Source: a virus
Lineage: Duplodnaviria; Caudoviricetes
Length of the DNA: 52,149 nt
IMG/VR virus record: IMGVR_UViG_3300013101_000013
Location: 1-52,149 of that record
Strand: one strand, 5' to 3'
Under the pieces are notes generated by a model, which was not told the origin of the DNA, searched no databases, and saw only the letters and a list, made by a program, of their open reading frames with translations. Positions 1 to 9,049 of the stretch are shown here, piece by piece; position 1 is the stretch's first letter; every line of letters begins with the position of its first letter. The position numbers and the translations under genes were made by a program.

Positions 1-2274
1 ATAGAAATCGATCTGCCCGCCTTCATAGGGCTGGCGACCCATCATCCACCAGCGAGCCTTGCGATAGGGGATCAGCTTGTCGCCAGAGAGCTCCCTATTC
101 ACCTCACTGGGAGATTTAGTGACATCACCCCAACCAGCAAAGGTGCCAGCGAGAGCACCCGCCATTGCGCCGGACTTACCTCCGCCGATCATCCCTCGAG
201 CGATCGGGAGCAGGAATCGAGCACCATGTGAGAGGGGGCTCTCAACAGAGCCGGGCAGGAGGTCCTCGGCGTACCGAGCAGCTCCTGTCATGCCTGTTAT
301 CTCACGGACATGCTGGAGCCCTGTCCTGAGCCCCGCATACGCGTCCAGCGAGGTTTTCCACGGGCTTATGCCTGTGTACTCCTCAGCCAGGTAATCACCG
401 TAAGCAGCTGCCTCAGCCCCTATGCGAGCCCCTGCATAGACTCCGTAAATCTTACCGATGTTGCCGAGGCCACCCCACTTACCAGCAGTCGGCCTGAAGC
501 CGGCTCCCATGGTGAACGACATCAGGTCGTTCAGGCGAATGGTCTGGAAGTGTGCTGAGAGACCGAGCGCTTCGTCGACACCGGTATAGGTGACGTGGTT
601 GGGAACCCGGCGATAGGGATGGAGACTACCCAGCCCGGCTGTCGGGGTCCCAGGACGAGCGTTGGTGTGGTACCTCCGCCCAAGCTGAGCGAAGTACCTC
701 TTCTGGGGAACAGCGATGTCCTTGGGGCGGATCGTTCCGCTCTTCATGAACTCCTGGACACCGCGGGGCTTCAGGATGACTCCATGAGCCTCTTTACCGA
801 ACAGGGCCTCGAGCTCACCCCACTCGGAGGCACCCATGAGCTTGGCTACCTGGTCCCTGACGGGTCCCGCTTGGGACCCTTGAGCCATAACCGGCTCGCC
901 TTGATGGCGGCCGGTAGCCCAATCGCTCAGCTGTTCAACGAGAGTCCTGCGCTGCTGACCCCGCTTGATGTACCCGAACCCAGGTGTGGCTCCCTCCCGG
1001 AAGGGGATATAGGCACCACCACCCTTGAGAGTTTCCTTCCGCTTGATCGGATCAATCAAGAACTGTTGAAGAGCATGCTCACGCGTCTTGAACGCTGAAC
1101 CAATACCGAGTTTGTCCTGGAGAGACTCGTAAAGACCTCGAGCCCCTCCAGCTCCAGTACTGGCCTCGACACCTTGGAGCATGTGCTCCCCGATACGAGC
1201 TTCGAAGGACTGGGCTAGAAGCTGACCACCGTCCTCAGTACCGAAGAACTTGTAGCTCCTGCTGGTGGGAACCTGAGTGAACCGGCCTCTACCACCGGGC
1301 ATCTCGCTGAAGATCTTTCCAGCGATACCGAAGTGCCGTCCGCTACTGGCCAGCTTATGACCAGGACCGATCGGGAGACCAGCTCCCAGCTCGGCGAAGA
1401 ACTTACCCTCGGTGAAGGGTCGAACCAGGTTAGCTATGAAGTCTGCAGGACGAAACCCGATGATCGGGATCTGGACAGAACGGCCGATCCTCCAGGCCTT
1501 GTTCGCGAGACCCTTCGGGTTAGCCCAGCGAGAGTCAACGATCTGGCCGAACTCATCCTTATAGAGACCAGTCAGGCGGCTGCGGTCGAGGACCATGTGG
1601 TCCTGAACAAGACCTCGACTCCGAGCCTCACTTAGGACCTTGAATTGGCGTTCACCAATCTGCTTCGACAGATTGGAAGTATCGAATACATCTCCGACCG
1701 TGGCATACCGGAGACGACCTAGGGACTCATGGGTCCTGGTGTACCGCTTCGCGATATGGTGTGTAGCGATCTCTCCAGCTGAGAGGATGCCGTGCTTCGA
1801 CCCATGGACTCCTGAAGGGAACTTCCCGTACGGGCCAAGGGTGTTCTCGAACCCGATGACATGCTCGAGCTCATCGATCAGCTCGAGGTTCTTGTACTTC
1901 GTCTTGGTTACGTTAGCGAAAGCACGAGACAGGCCCTCGTGTTCAGGGAACGTACCGAGCAGGTCTCCAACGAACTGCTTAGCCGGCGCCTGGAAGGGAG
2001 AGACAGACTTCCGTCCGACCTGCCCCATGTAGTGGAGAGCAGAGCGGATGCTGTCTCGAGGAAGGATGCGGCCGCCTAGATAGGCACCGCTGGCAAGCAG
2101 CCCGACCTGAGCCAGGGTCCGATAGAAGTTCCCCTTGGAGTGGAGATCCTGGTAGGCCTTGAGGGCTTCCCGGGTATCACGGTCACCGGGGTCCCTTGTG
2201 GAGTAGGTCCGCTGACCGTAGTACGACTCCCGAAACCAGTCCGTATTTCGGTCGTACGGGTCACGACGAGCCAT
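1..2274 (-). CDS. Tape-measure-like large virion protein, N-terminal part (runs off window start)
   Basis: Not in the ORF track because no stop is reached. ATG at 2274 (MARRDPYDRNTDWFRESYY...). Spot checks of the frame showed no stops down to base 1 (...KARWWMMGRQPYEGGQIDFY). Lies directly downstream of the chaperone-like genes and has Gly/Ala-rich hydrophobic stretches. Confidence 0.7.
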   Translation of the reverse strand, partial: MARRDPYDRNTDWFRESYYGQRTYSTRDPGDRDTREALKAYQDLHSKGNFYRTLAQVGLLASGAYLGGRILPRDSIRSALHYMGQVGRKSVSPFQAPAKQFVGDLLGTFPEHEGLSRAFANVTKTKYKNLELIDELEHVIGFENTLGPYGKFPSGVHGSKHGILSAGEIATHHIAKRYTRTHESLGRLRYATVGDVFDTSNLSKQIGERQFKVLSEARSRGLVQDHMVLDRSRLTGLYKDEFGQIVDSRWANPKGLANKAWRIGRSVQIPIIGFRPADFIANLVRPFTEGKFFAELGAGLPIGPGHKLASSGRHFGIAGKIFSEMPGGRGRFTQVPTSRSYKFFGTEDGGQLLAQSFEARIGEHMLQGVEASTGAGGARGLYESLQDKLGIGSAFKTREHALQQFLIDPIKRKETLKGGGAYIPFREGATPGFGYIKRGQQRRTLVEQLSDWATGRHQGEPVMAQGSQAGPVRDQVAKLMGASEWGELEALFGKEAHGVILKPRGVQEFMKSGTIRPKDIAVPQKRYFAQLGRRYHTNARPGTPTAGLGSLHPYRRVPNHVTYTGVDEALGLSAHFQTIRLNDLMSFTMGAGFRPTAGKWGGLGNIGKIYGVYAGARIGAEAAAYGDYLAEEYTGISPWKTSLDAYAGLRTGLQHVREITGMTGAARYAEDLLPGSVESPLSHGARFLLPIARGMIGGGKSGAMAGALAGTFAGWGDVTKSPSEVNRELSGDKLIPYRKARWWMMGRQPYEGGQIDFY

Positions 2275-2278
2275 CTAG

Positions 2279-3007
2279 CTATCCCCCGGGTGTGTTGAAC
2301 TCTCGGATCATCTTGTTGAGCGCGCTCGGATCACTGAAGTTTACAGCGCTCCGGTCACTCAAGATCTCTTCCTTCGAGCGTTCTCCCATAGCCATGGCTG
2401 CAGCACGGGGGTCGACACGAGCACCGGCGGGAACCGGGATGTCTCGACTGACCCCTCCGCGGCTCTGCTGCTTGCCACCGTTCTCCTTCACCCACGCCTC
2501 GTTGTCGAGGTAGTACTGGAAGGGGAAAGGTGTGCCCTTGGCGAACTCCGCGATACGCAGGTGTTTCGCCAGCTCAGGGGCGGTCATCTCATAGACCTCC
2601 TCTGGCTTGAAGTTCAGGACAGAACAGATGAAAGCCGTGACTCCGCCATGGAAGGTCTCGAGGTACTCCCCGGCCTCTTCCATAATGGGAACCAGATCTT
2701 CATCACCCCACCCTGAACTCGAGCAGATGCTCTCGTAGGCACAGTGGGCCGCTCCCGCGGACCACTGATCCAGCTCATCAGGAGCAGGATGGAGTAGGGC
2801 GAGCCGGAGAGTACCCTCCGTGTGGAGGATCTCATCCGGCTCACCATCCAACATGTCGGCCTCTCGCTTCGTGAGTCCGCGGTAGATGATGAACTTCTCT
2901 CCATCATCATCCTGGATAGTGGTGAAGAAGACCCGCTTATAGGTCTCCTTCCACTCCCGCACCTTCAGCTGAAGGTCCACAGACATCCCGAGGAGAGGGC
3001 TGATCAC
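2279..3007 (-). CDS. Putative tail assembly chaperone (paralog 2)
   Basis: Position between the tube genes and tape measure. KFIIYRGLTKREAD resembles DWYVYRSLGRHEFK of the upstream gene. GTGA overlap. Confidence 0.55.
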   Translation of the reverse strand: MISPLLGMSVDLQLKVREWKETYKRVFFTTIQDDDGEKFIIYRGLTKREADMLDGEPDEILHTEGTLRLALLHPAPDELDQWSAGAAHCAYESICSSSGWGDEDLVPIMEEAGEYLETFHGGVTAFICSVLNFKPEEVYEMTAPELAKHLRIAEFAKGTPFPFQYYLDNEAWVKENGGKQQSRGGVSRDIPVPAGARVDPRAAAMAMGERSKEEILSDRSAVNFSDPSALNKMIREFNTPGG

Positions 3008-3513
3008 AGCGAGATCGGCTCCGAAGTCTGTTCGAAGTTCGAACGTGCCATGACACCGTCATGCAGGAGCTTCGGGACACCAGCCTCGCCCTCGTTGATC
3101 GAGCCGGCAGACAGGCGAGGGTAGACCGAACCGATCACAGAGACCTTCTCTTCGAGCCAGGCCTGACTCTCAGCGTTCAGCACCGCCGGATTCAGTTGCT
3201 GACCGGCTTTGGCGGCAGCCTCAGCCTTCTTAGAGATGCGGTCAGTGGCTTCCTTCACGATTGCCTTGAACTCGTGACGACCGAGGGACCGGTAGACATA
3301 CCAGTCACCGTTGGCCTCGATGAGACCGATGCGCCGGGGCTTCACGGCATCAAGAATCGCCGGGAGTTTCATGACGATGTCCTCGGGAACACCGGCCATG
3401 CGGAGCTCACCAACAGTGAACTTCGTGCCGGCCAAAGGGGTGTCGTCGGTCAGGACGGGAGCTACCGGGGCAGCTTCAGCAGCCTCCGGCGTAGCGAGCA
3501 TTTCTTCGGGCAT
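3004..3513 (-). CDS. Putative tail assembly chaperone (paralog 1)
   Basis: Position, small acidic protein, YVYRSL motif, GGAGG RBS. Confidence 0.55.
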   Translation of the reverse strand: MPEEMLATPEAAEAAPVAPVLTDDTPLAGTKFTVGELRMAGVPEDIVMKLPAILDAVKPRRIGLIEANGDWYVYRSLGRHEFKAIVKEATDRISKKAEAAAKAGQQLNPAVLNAESQAWLEEKVSVIGSVYPRLSAGSINEGEAGVPKLLHDGVMARSNFEQTSEPISL

Positions 3514-3523
3514 GGTTCCTCCA

Positions 3524-4366
3524 TCAACTCAGATAATCACTCACCGTCTTCAACGGGACGGATGAGCTGAATGCTTTCGGAGTTCTACCATACTCCTTGA
3601 CCGTCCCCTCATGGGGATCCACAACCCATTGGTCGAGGCGACGAGCGATGAAAGGGTAGGACTCGAAGATGGCAGCACCTGAGACAGACCCTCGGGCGCC
3701 ATGGGCGCTCGAGGTGATGTGCTTAGACATGCCTGTGATGTAGCAGTCCTTCAGGATGTCCACCTTCATGGGTCCACTGGCATCACCGTACGCAACCTGG
3801 ATCTCGAAATTCCCCCCTCGAGAGGGAGCTAAGACAGGGTTCTCGATCGGTCCCTCAGGAATGTGGTCCCCGACAGCAGCACGAGCCAGCTTAGAGACCT
3901 CCTGAAAGTTCCCATTACTGAGGGATAGAGCGAGGATCTGCAGACGAGCATTGGGATCATCGGTAGCCCGAAGAGCCTGAAGGGTGACCTTCAGCTGATC
4001 CCTGTTCATCTTTTGATAAGGGATCAGGTGAGGGGAGCTCGCTCTCTCTGCAATGTTCGACTCCGGGACTCCAAACCGGTTTCCGACCTTATTGATAATC
4101 CGATCAATAGTGCCGGCCGTGGCTTTGGTCCGGTGGTAGTTCTTGATGGCTTCAGCTAGATAACCCGGGTACCTGAAGTTGATCATCAGGGTTCCGGTTA
4201 CCAGGATCTTGCCGTCGGCAACCTGGGAGAACTCCGACTGGTTGTAGCTGTACAGGGGAACTCGAGGATGCTGAACCTCGAAGTGGACACCATAAGCATC
4301 ATCGATGTGATACCCGCCAATGAAGACCGTGGTCTGTGCAGGTGTCGGGTAGTGATTAATATCCAC
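3524..4366 (-). CDS. Tail tube-fold virion protein (tube initiator/hub-like)
   Basis: HPRVPLYSYNQ...VADGKILVTGTLMINF aligns by eye with REKAPLYTMG...RGKRGIAGSLIF of the tube protein. Confidence 0.6.
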   Translation of the reverse strand: MDINHYPTPAQTTVFIGGYHIDDAYGVHFEVQHPRVPLYSYNQSEFSQVADGKILVTGTLMINFRYPGYLAEAIKNYHRTKATAGTIDRIINKVGNRFGVPESNIAERASSPHLIPYQKMNRDQLKVTLQALRATDDPNARLQILALSLSNGNFQEVSKLARAAVGDHIPEGPIENPVLAPSRGGNFEIQVAYGDASGPMKVDILKDCYITGMSKHITSSAHGARGSVSGAAIFESYPFIARRLDQWVVDPHEGTVKEYGRTPKAFSSSVPLKTVSDYLS

Positions 4367-4368
4367 GA

Positions 4369-5163
4369 CTAGAGCTCGCTAAGTCTGTCGAATCGACCCG
4401 GCATGCCAATGATGTCATCGATGATCTTCGCATCCCGCTCTGCCTCATCCACACCATCCCTGATGAACCCAGGCATCTTGTTCCTGGGTACCTTGCTCAG
4501 GATGGCCTTGGAAGCGGGAGGATCGTTCGGCATCGTACTCACAGCGTTGCGACGCTGGAGGAATGCGATCGGATCGTCGACGAACGGGTAGTAGTGCTCA
4601 GCCACATAGCTGTAGGTCGACTCCATGAAGATGTCGTCCACGGACATGGTCTGCCCGAAGTTCGTTAGGTGGATGTTCACCAGGACTGCAGACGCGACGC
4701 CTCCATACTCGTTCTCCGCGATCGCGGTGATGGAGAAGGGAGGTATCTGGTCTACAAAGAACGGGGCGTTCATAGAGATCTCACTACCGCTCCGTCGATA
4801 GAACTCGGCCATGACATCCCTGTTGAGGATGGAGAAGACAAGGGTGCCAGCGATCGTCCGGGCACCACGCGTGTATGTGTAAGCGTGAGACTCCCCCAGG
4901 CGCCGCACAGGGAACACGTTCCGGTGGGATGACACCGTGATGGTCTGCAGCTCAGCGAAGACCTTATAGGTCGTCGGGGACGCCTGGGCAGAGAGTCTGT
5001 GAGCGACCTTCTCCTCCGGCGTCATCGGCATGAACATGATGCACTGCAGGTCCGAACCCGAGAACGAGTTGTTGTAGGTGATCAACTCCTTATTAAACGG
5101 ATCATCCGTCTGGATCTTGGGAGCTGCAGGGAACTCGGAGTTCGTGAAGGGGTCGTTGATCAT
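4369..5163 (-). CDS. Tail tube-fold virion protein (paralog)
   Basis: NSFSGSDLQ...ELQTITVS...RGARTIAGTLVF...DQIPPF...NEYG...MSVDDI is a clear paralog of 5200..5901. Confidence 0.7.
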   Translation of the reverse strand: MINDPFTNSEFPAAPKIQTDDPFNKELITYNNSFSGSDLQCIMFMPMTPEEKVAHRLSAQASPTTYKVFAELQTITVSSHRNVFPVRRLGESHAYTYTRGARTIAGTLVFSILNRDVMAEFYRRSGSEISMNAPFFVDQIPPFSITAIAENEYGGVASAVLVNIHLTNFGQTMSVDDIFMESTYSYVAEHYYPFVDDPIAFLQRRNAVSTMPNDPPASKAILSKVPRNKMPGFIRDGVDEAERDAKIIDDIIGMPGRFDRLSEL

Positions 5164-5164
5164 A

Positions 5165-5192
5165 TTAAGAGCGGGCCCCCGAAGGGGCCCGC
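5165..5192 (-). terminator. Hairpin/likely intrinsic terminator after the tail tube gene
   Basis: Minus strand GCGGGCCCC-TTCG-GGGGCCCGC followed by TCTTAAT (weak U tract). Confidence 0.6.
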
Positions 5193-5199
5193 GGATTGG

Positions 5200-5901
5200 T
5201 TAGAGGCCACCATGCGGACGCGGGCGAGACACACCGTCGGCCGGAAGGACGACTTCCACGCCGTCGAAGTCCACGTAGCGCTGGTCATGCCAGAACTCGA
5301 TAGACGTCGCGACGAAGGTGCAGGACTCGTCCGTGGTGATGTCGTCAACCGACATACCCGAACCGCAGTTCATGATCTCAACGTTGTGGACTTTCAGCTT
5401 AGCGCTGTGGCCGTACTCATTCGCCGCGTAAACGACGATCTTGAACGGCCTGATCTGATCGTGGTACTGGGGGAGAGCAACGATCTTGTCGGTGCGGAGT
5501 ACGTTGCCGGCGACATCGCCAGCACGCACGGATCCGACCGAACCAGTCGCAGTCTCACCATCCACCTGAAGGCCCTTGAACACTGCCTGTGCCCCCGGGG
5601 TGCGATCGGACTCGCGGACCTCGTACTCCCAGCCCATGTACGTGCCGCCTCGAGTACGCCGCATGGCGTTGAGGAGAGCGGAACGATCGAAGGTCAGGAA
5701 GATGAGAGAGCCAGCGATACCTCGCTTGCCTCGGGAGAACGCCCGCGGGTCGGAAGAGCCCATCGTGTAGAGAGGCGCCTTCTCGCGGGTGACGGTGTAA
5801 GAGAGACCCTGCAGCTCGCCGATGATTTCGGTGCCCATCATGACCTGCATGTCGGCGCCGGAGAACGAGTTGAAGGTCTGGCTATAGCTTGCGAGAGCCA
5901 T
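5200..5901 (-). CDS. Major tail tube protein
   Basis: Immediately downstream of the sheath. SFSGADM...ELQGLSYTVTREKAPLYTMG...RGKRGIAGSLIF. Strong AAGGA RBS and followed by a hairpin. Confidence 0.75.
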   Translation of the reverse strand: MALASYSQTFNSFSGADMQVMMGTEIIGELQGLSYTVTREKAPLYTMGSSDPRAFSRGKRGIAGSLIFLTFDRSALLNAMRRTRGGTYMGWEYEVRESDRTPGAQAVFKGLQVDGETATGSVGSVRAGDVAGNVLRTDKIVALPQYHDQIRPFKIVVYAANEYGHSAKLKVHNVEIMNCGSGMSVDDITTDESCTFVATSIEFWHDQRYVDFDGVEVVLPADGVSRPRPHGGL

Positions 5902-5911
5902 GGTTAGTCCT

Positions 5912-7357
5912 TTACTCCTTGGCGAGCGAGGTCACGACCCGCACCGTACGCAGCTCGAAAGCCGGCACAAGCGTCAGATCGATCTGAGCCTCACCCAAGA
6001 CCTGCATGTCGGGTGTAGTGAGGATTACGAAGTCCGCACGGCGCAGAGCGCCTTCCGCCTTGAGGCGGTTCATGGACGACTGGATAGCACCCTCCATCGC
6101 CGACATGCGAAGCGGCGAGATGGGTCCACCAATGAATTCCTCTGCCGCAAGACGGACGAGGTCCATCGCGGCATGCGTGATGCGAACAGTCGTCAGGTTC
6201 ACGAAGTCCGAGCGGGTGTACTTACTGGCGTTATACGCCGCAGTAGTAGCCGCTGCGACCACATAGCCCTTCGGCCGGTCCAACGCCGTGACGTACCGGT
6301 ACTCCATGAGTTCCTCCGCCAGTCCGGCAGCCATCTGCCGGCCCGCGAAGACACCACCCATGATCCGATTGGTCGGAGCGAAGTGAGGGTCGAGAGTCGT
6401 GATCAGCCCCGCGTAGGACGCGGCGCCATTCGTGTTCATGTCGCTGTTGCCTTCTTGACCGACCCTGACCGCGAGTCGTGCAACATCGGGATGCCGGACT
6501 CGAGCTGCCATGGCCACGATGGAAATGAACTGGCCACCATCAACGTTGTTTCCGAGGAAATCCGTTGCGGTGGAACCAGACGTATCCTTCGCGTACAGGT
6601 CATAGCTCGAACTGACAACACCAGGAGAAGTCTCAGCTGCGCCGTTCAGGAAGCCGGAGAGCAGAGTCTCCGAGGAGTGATCAACGAGCACTCCCGAGTC
6701 CTCGGACAGGTGGTCTACCCATTCGCGGACGTACGCAACCTTCGGTTCGTTGAAACTCTGCTCGGCGCGGTTCGTGGGAACATCAGCGTCCCACGACTCC
6801 TCGTCGGCAACCTGCATCATCGGCTTGACGCCGAGGACACCGATAGCGGTGTTGCCCTGCTTGTTGGCCTGATAAAGCTTATCGGCCAGCAGGTAATGGA
6901 AACCCTTCCGGGCGGCACCGCTGTAGGCAGAGGTACCAGTGACGTCTTCGTCCACATAGGCGCCAGCCAAGTGAACGATGTCGACAGGAACGAGCTTCAG
7001 AATGTCCAGCGCCTCTTCAAGATCGTCGAAGCGATCGATGACCGGGTAAAGAAGGGGATCCTCACCCGAGACCGATGCGATCCGCATGATCTCGATGTTG
7101 CGCGCGCCTGCTGCTATTGCCTCGGCCACAGCGAGCGTGAGCTCGGACGGCGTACCGTCGTTGTGGTCGAGAGCCGAAGCAATGAGCTTAGCGTCCATCA
7201 ACTGGACAGGCTCATTGATCGGCAGCAAGGCGTTCGTGGTCGTTCCCACAATTGTGAGCTTAGTCCCCGAGACAACCGGCGAAATACGCAGGCCACCGTC
7301 GTTGACTGTAACGTCAAGGCCGGGAAGGTTGTAGTCGGCAGTCTTCGAGACAGCCAT
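5912..7357 (-). CDS. Tail sheath protein
   Basis: 481 aa. N-terminal LPGLDVTVNDG and C-terminal sheath pattern (VRITHAAMDLVR..FIG.P...IDLTLVPAFELRTVRV). Confidence 0.85.
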   Translation of the reverse strand: MAVSKTADYNLPGLDVTVNDGGLRISPVVSGTKLTIVGTTTNALLPINEPVQLMDAKLIASALDHNDGTPSELTLAVAEAIAAGARNIEIMRIASVSGEDPLLYPVIDRFDDLEEALDILKLVPVDIVHLAGAYVDEDVTGTSAYSGAARKGFHYLLADKLYQANKQGNTAIGVLGVKPMMQVADEESWDADVPTNRAEQSFNEPKVAYVREWVDHLSEDSGVLVDHSSETLLSGFLNGAAETSPGVVSSSYDLYAKDTSGSTATDFLGNNVDGGQFISIVAMAARVRHPDVARLAVRVGQEGNSDMNTNGAASYAGLITTLDPHFAPTNRIMGGVFAGRQMAAGLAEELMEYRYVTALDRPKGYVVAAATTAAYNASKYTRSDFVNLTTVRITHAAMDLVRLAAEEFIGGPISPLRMSAMEGAIQSSMNRLKAEGALRRADFVILTTPDMQVLGEAQIDLTLVPAFELRTVRVVTSLAKE

Positions 7358-7368
7358 GGATTACCTCC

Positions 7369-8568
7369 CTAGGTATCAGAGAACGATTCGTAATAGCTTC
7401 GGGTGTCCGCCACATCAATCGTGCCACCTAGCCAATTCCCACTCTCATCATGGAATTGGTCCCACTGGGAGACCCACGGGCCGCCACCCGTTTCCGCGCT
7501 CGAAGGAATAGGTCCAGGTGCATGACGCAGCTTCGCCTGAATCCGGAGTGAGGTTACGTTCCTCACCCTGACCGGATTAACCAGGTTGATCCGGAAGTAG
7601 TACTGGAGGCTTCGCCGAGGCACCCCGTCGCGAAAACTCTGCGTAAGCAGGTCAGCACGACGATGCCAGTAACGGACCTCCGAGACACCATTCCTTTTCA
7701 ACACCCACGTGTAGAGATTCATAAAGGTCTGCATCCAATCCGCCAACCGTTCCGCCTCAGCGTGGAGGGGGGACCAGCAGTCGAACTGGATGATGTTTTC
7801 AAACCACTGCCATTGCAGCTCGAGAGAATAGGCCTTGGGGTCAAAGGGATCAGGGGCGTACCCCATGATCTTGGGCTTCGACAACTTAGCCGGATCAAAC
7901 TCTCGCTTTCCGATAGTACCCGGCTCCTGGCGTACCAGCAAAGAGGTCACTGTCGGAGGGAGAGAGTCTCCTGATGTTATTGATTCATCCTGATTCGCCG
8001 TGGGAGGCGAAGCAGCATTAGCTTCTGATTCAGGCCATGAGACATGGAAGTCCACAACCTTGTTAGCCGGCTGTACCCACTCGAGACGATCCCATCTGCC
8101 GGGTAGGTCTCCGGTTCCCTGGCCAGGAGCGGAGAGCCCTTCATTGAGAAGCACAGACCCCGTGAACATCTTGTGCTTATCGATCCCTACGTTCTTGACC
8201 GTATAGACCTCTCGGGTCTCGGTGTTCCGTAGACGCCAGTTGAGCTCCGGGGTCACGAACATAAAAGGGAAGTACAGCAGATACGGGTTCCGATCGGAAG
8301 GACGCCACTCCATCTGATGGAGCATGATCAGATCCCGGAGCATGTAGAGGATGTCCTTGATAGGACGGACCTCTCGGCTCGGAGGAGCATCACCTCTCAG
8401 CAGAGAGTCGTCGAAGTCGCTGGAGCTCCGAACATGCTGGCCAGAAGTAAAGACCTGGCGTCGGTTGTCGAAGCTAAGAGGGAAACTCTCATCTTGCCGC
8501 GGCAGCCGGCGGTTATCGCCCCACTCCGGTTCATTGGGATTAGAGATGGGTGCTGAGGGATCAACCAT
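7369..8568 (-). CDS. Putative tail completion/terminator protein
   Basis: Position just upstream of the sheath. ENIIQFDCWS...AERLADW pattern. Confidence 0.5.
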   Translation of the reverse strand: MVDPSAPISNPNEPEWGDNRRLPRQDESFPLSFDNRRQVFTSGQHVRSSSDFDDSLLRGDAPPSREVRPIKDILYMLRDLIMLHQMEWRPSDRNPYLLYFPFMFVTPELNWRLRNTETREVYTVKNVGIDKHKMFTGSVLLNEGLSAPGQGTGDLPGRWDRLEWVQPANKVVDFHVSWPESEANAASPPTANQDESITSGDSLPPTVTSLLVRQEPGTIGKREFDPAKLSKPKIMGYAPDPFDPKAYSLELQWQWFENIIQFDCWSPLHAEAERLADWMQTFMNLYTWVLKRNGVSEVRYWHRRADLLTQSFRDGVPRRSLQYYFRINLVNPVRVRNVTSLRIQAKLRHAPGPIPSSAETGGGPWVSQWDQFHDESGNWLGGTIDVADTRSYYESFSDT

Positions 8569-9049
8569 GACCGCCGACCTGGCTCTCCTCTACCCGACAA
8601 CGGAAGTAGGCGATTCTGCCCAGCTCCATGCGCATCTCGTCAACATCCATCAAGTTATAGTACCGAACGATCTGATACGGAACGACGGGGTTGGCCTGCT
8701 TCAGGTCTGTGTCTTCGGTTTGTGCGATCTCGAGAACCCAGTCCTGACGCGTCGGCTTTGCCTTGGACTGGATATAGAAGAAGTGACCAGGGACAGCGAC
8801 CGACCCGAGCTTGGACCTCTTCTCGAAACCGGGCACTACGACCCTCTTGATCATCTTGAGAAGGTGATCGGAGTAGGGCCGACCGTCTGTCAGCTCCTGG
8901 ATAGCAGCTCGAGAGGACTCTTCGAAGTACGCGTCGTAGCTAGCCGACTTTGAGATATCTCTCTCGAACCGACGAAGGACACACCAGTGACCCCATTTGG
9001 CCAACATCTGTTCGAAGGAGAGACGTTCATTCAGGCTCATAGTCAGCAT
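8561..9049 (-). CDS. Putative head closure/neck protein
   Basis: Size and position. C-terminal MRMELGRIAYFRCRVE. The start may be 9040. Confidence 0.5.
   Translation of the reverse strand: MLTMSLNERLSFEQMLAKWGHWCVLRRFERDISKSASYDAYFEESSRAAIQELTDGRPYSDHLLKMIKRVVVPGFEKRSKLGSVAVPGHFFYIQSKAKPTRQDWVLEIAQTEDTDLKQANPVVPYQIVRYYNLMDVDEMRMELGRIAYFRCRVEESQVGGHG

Noticed and set aside
3000-3030. Programmed -1 frameshift between the tail chaperones
   Set aside because: No XXXYYYZ slippery heptamer was seen near the junction. A simple GTGA overlap explains it.
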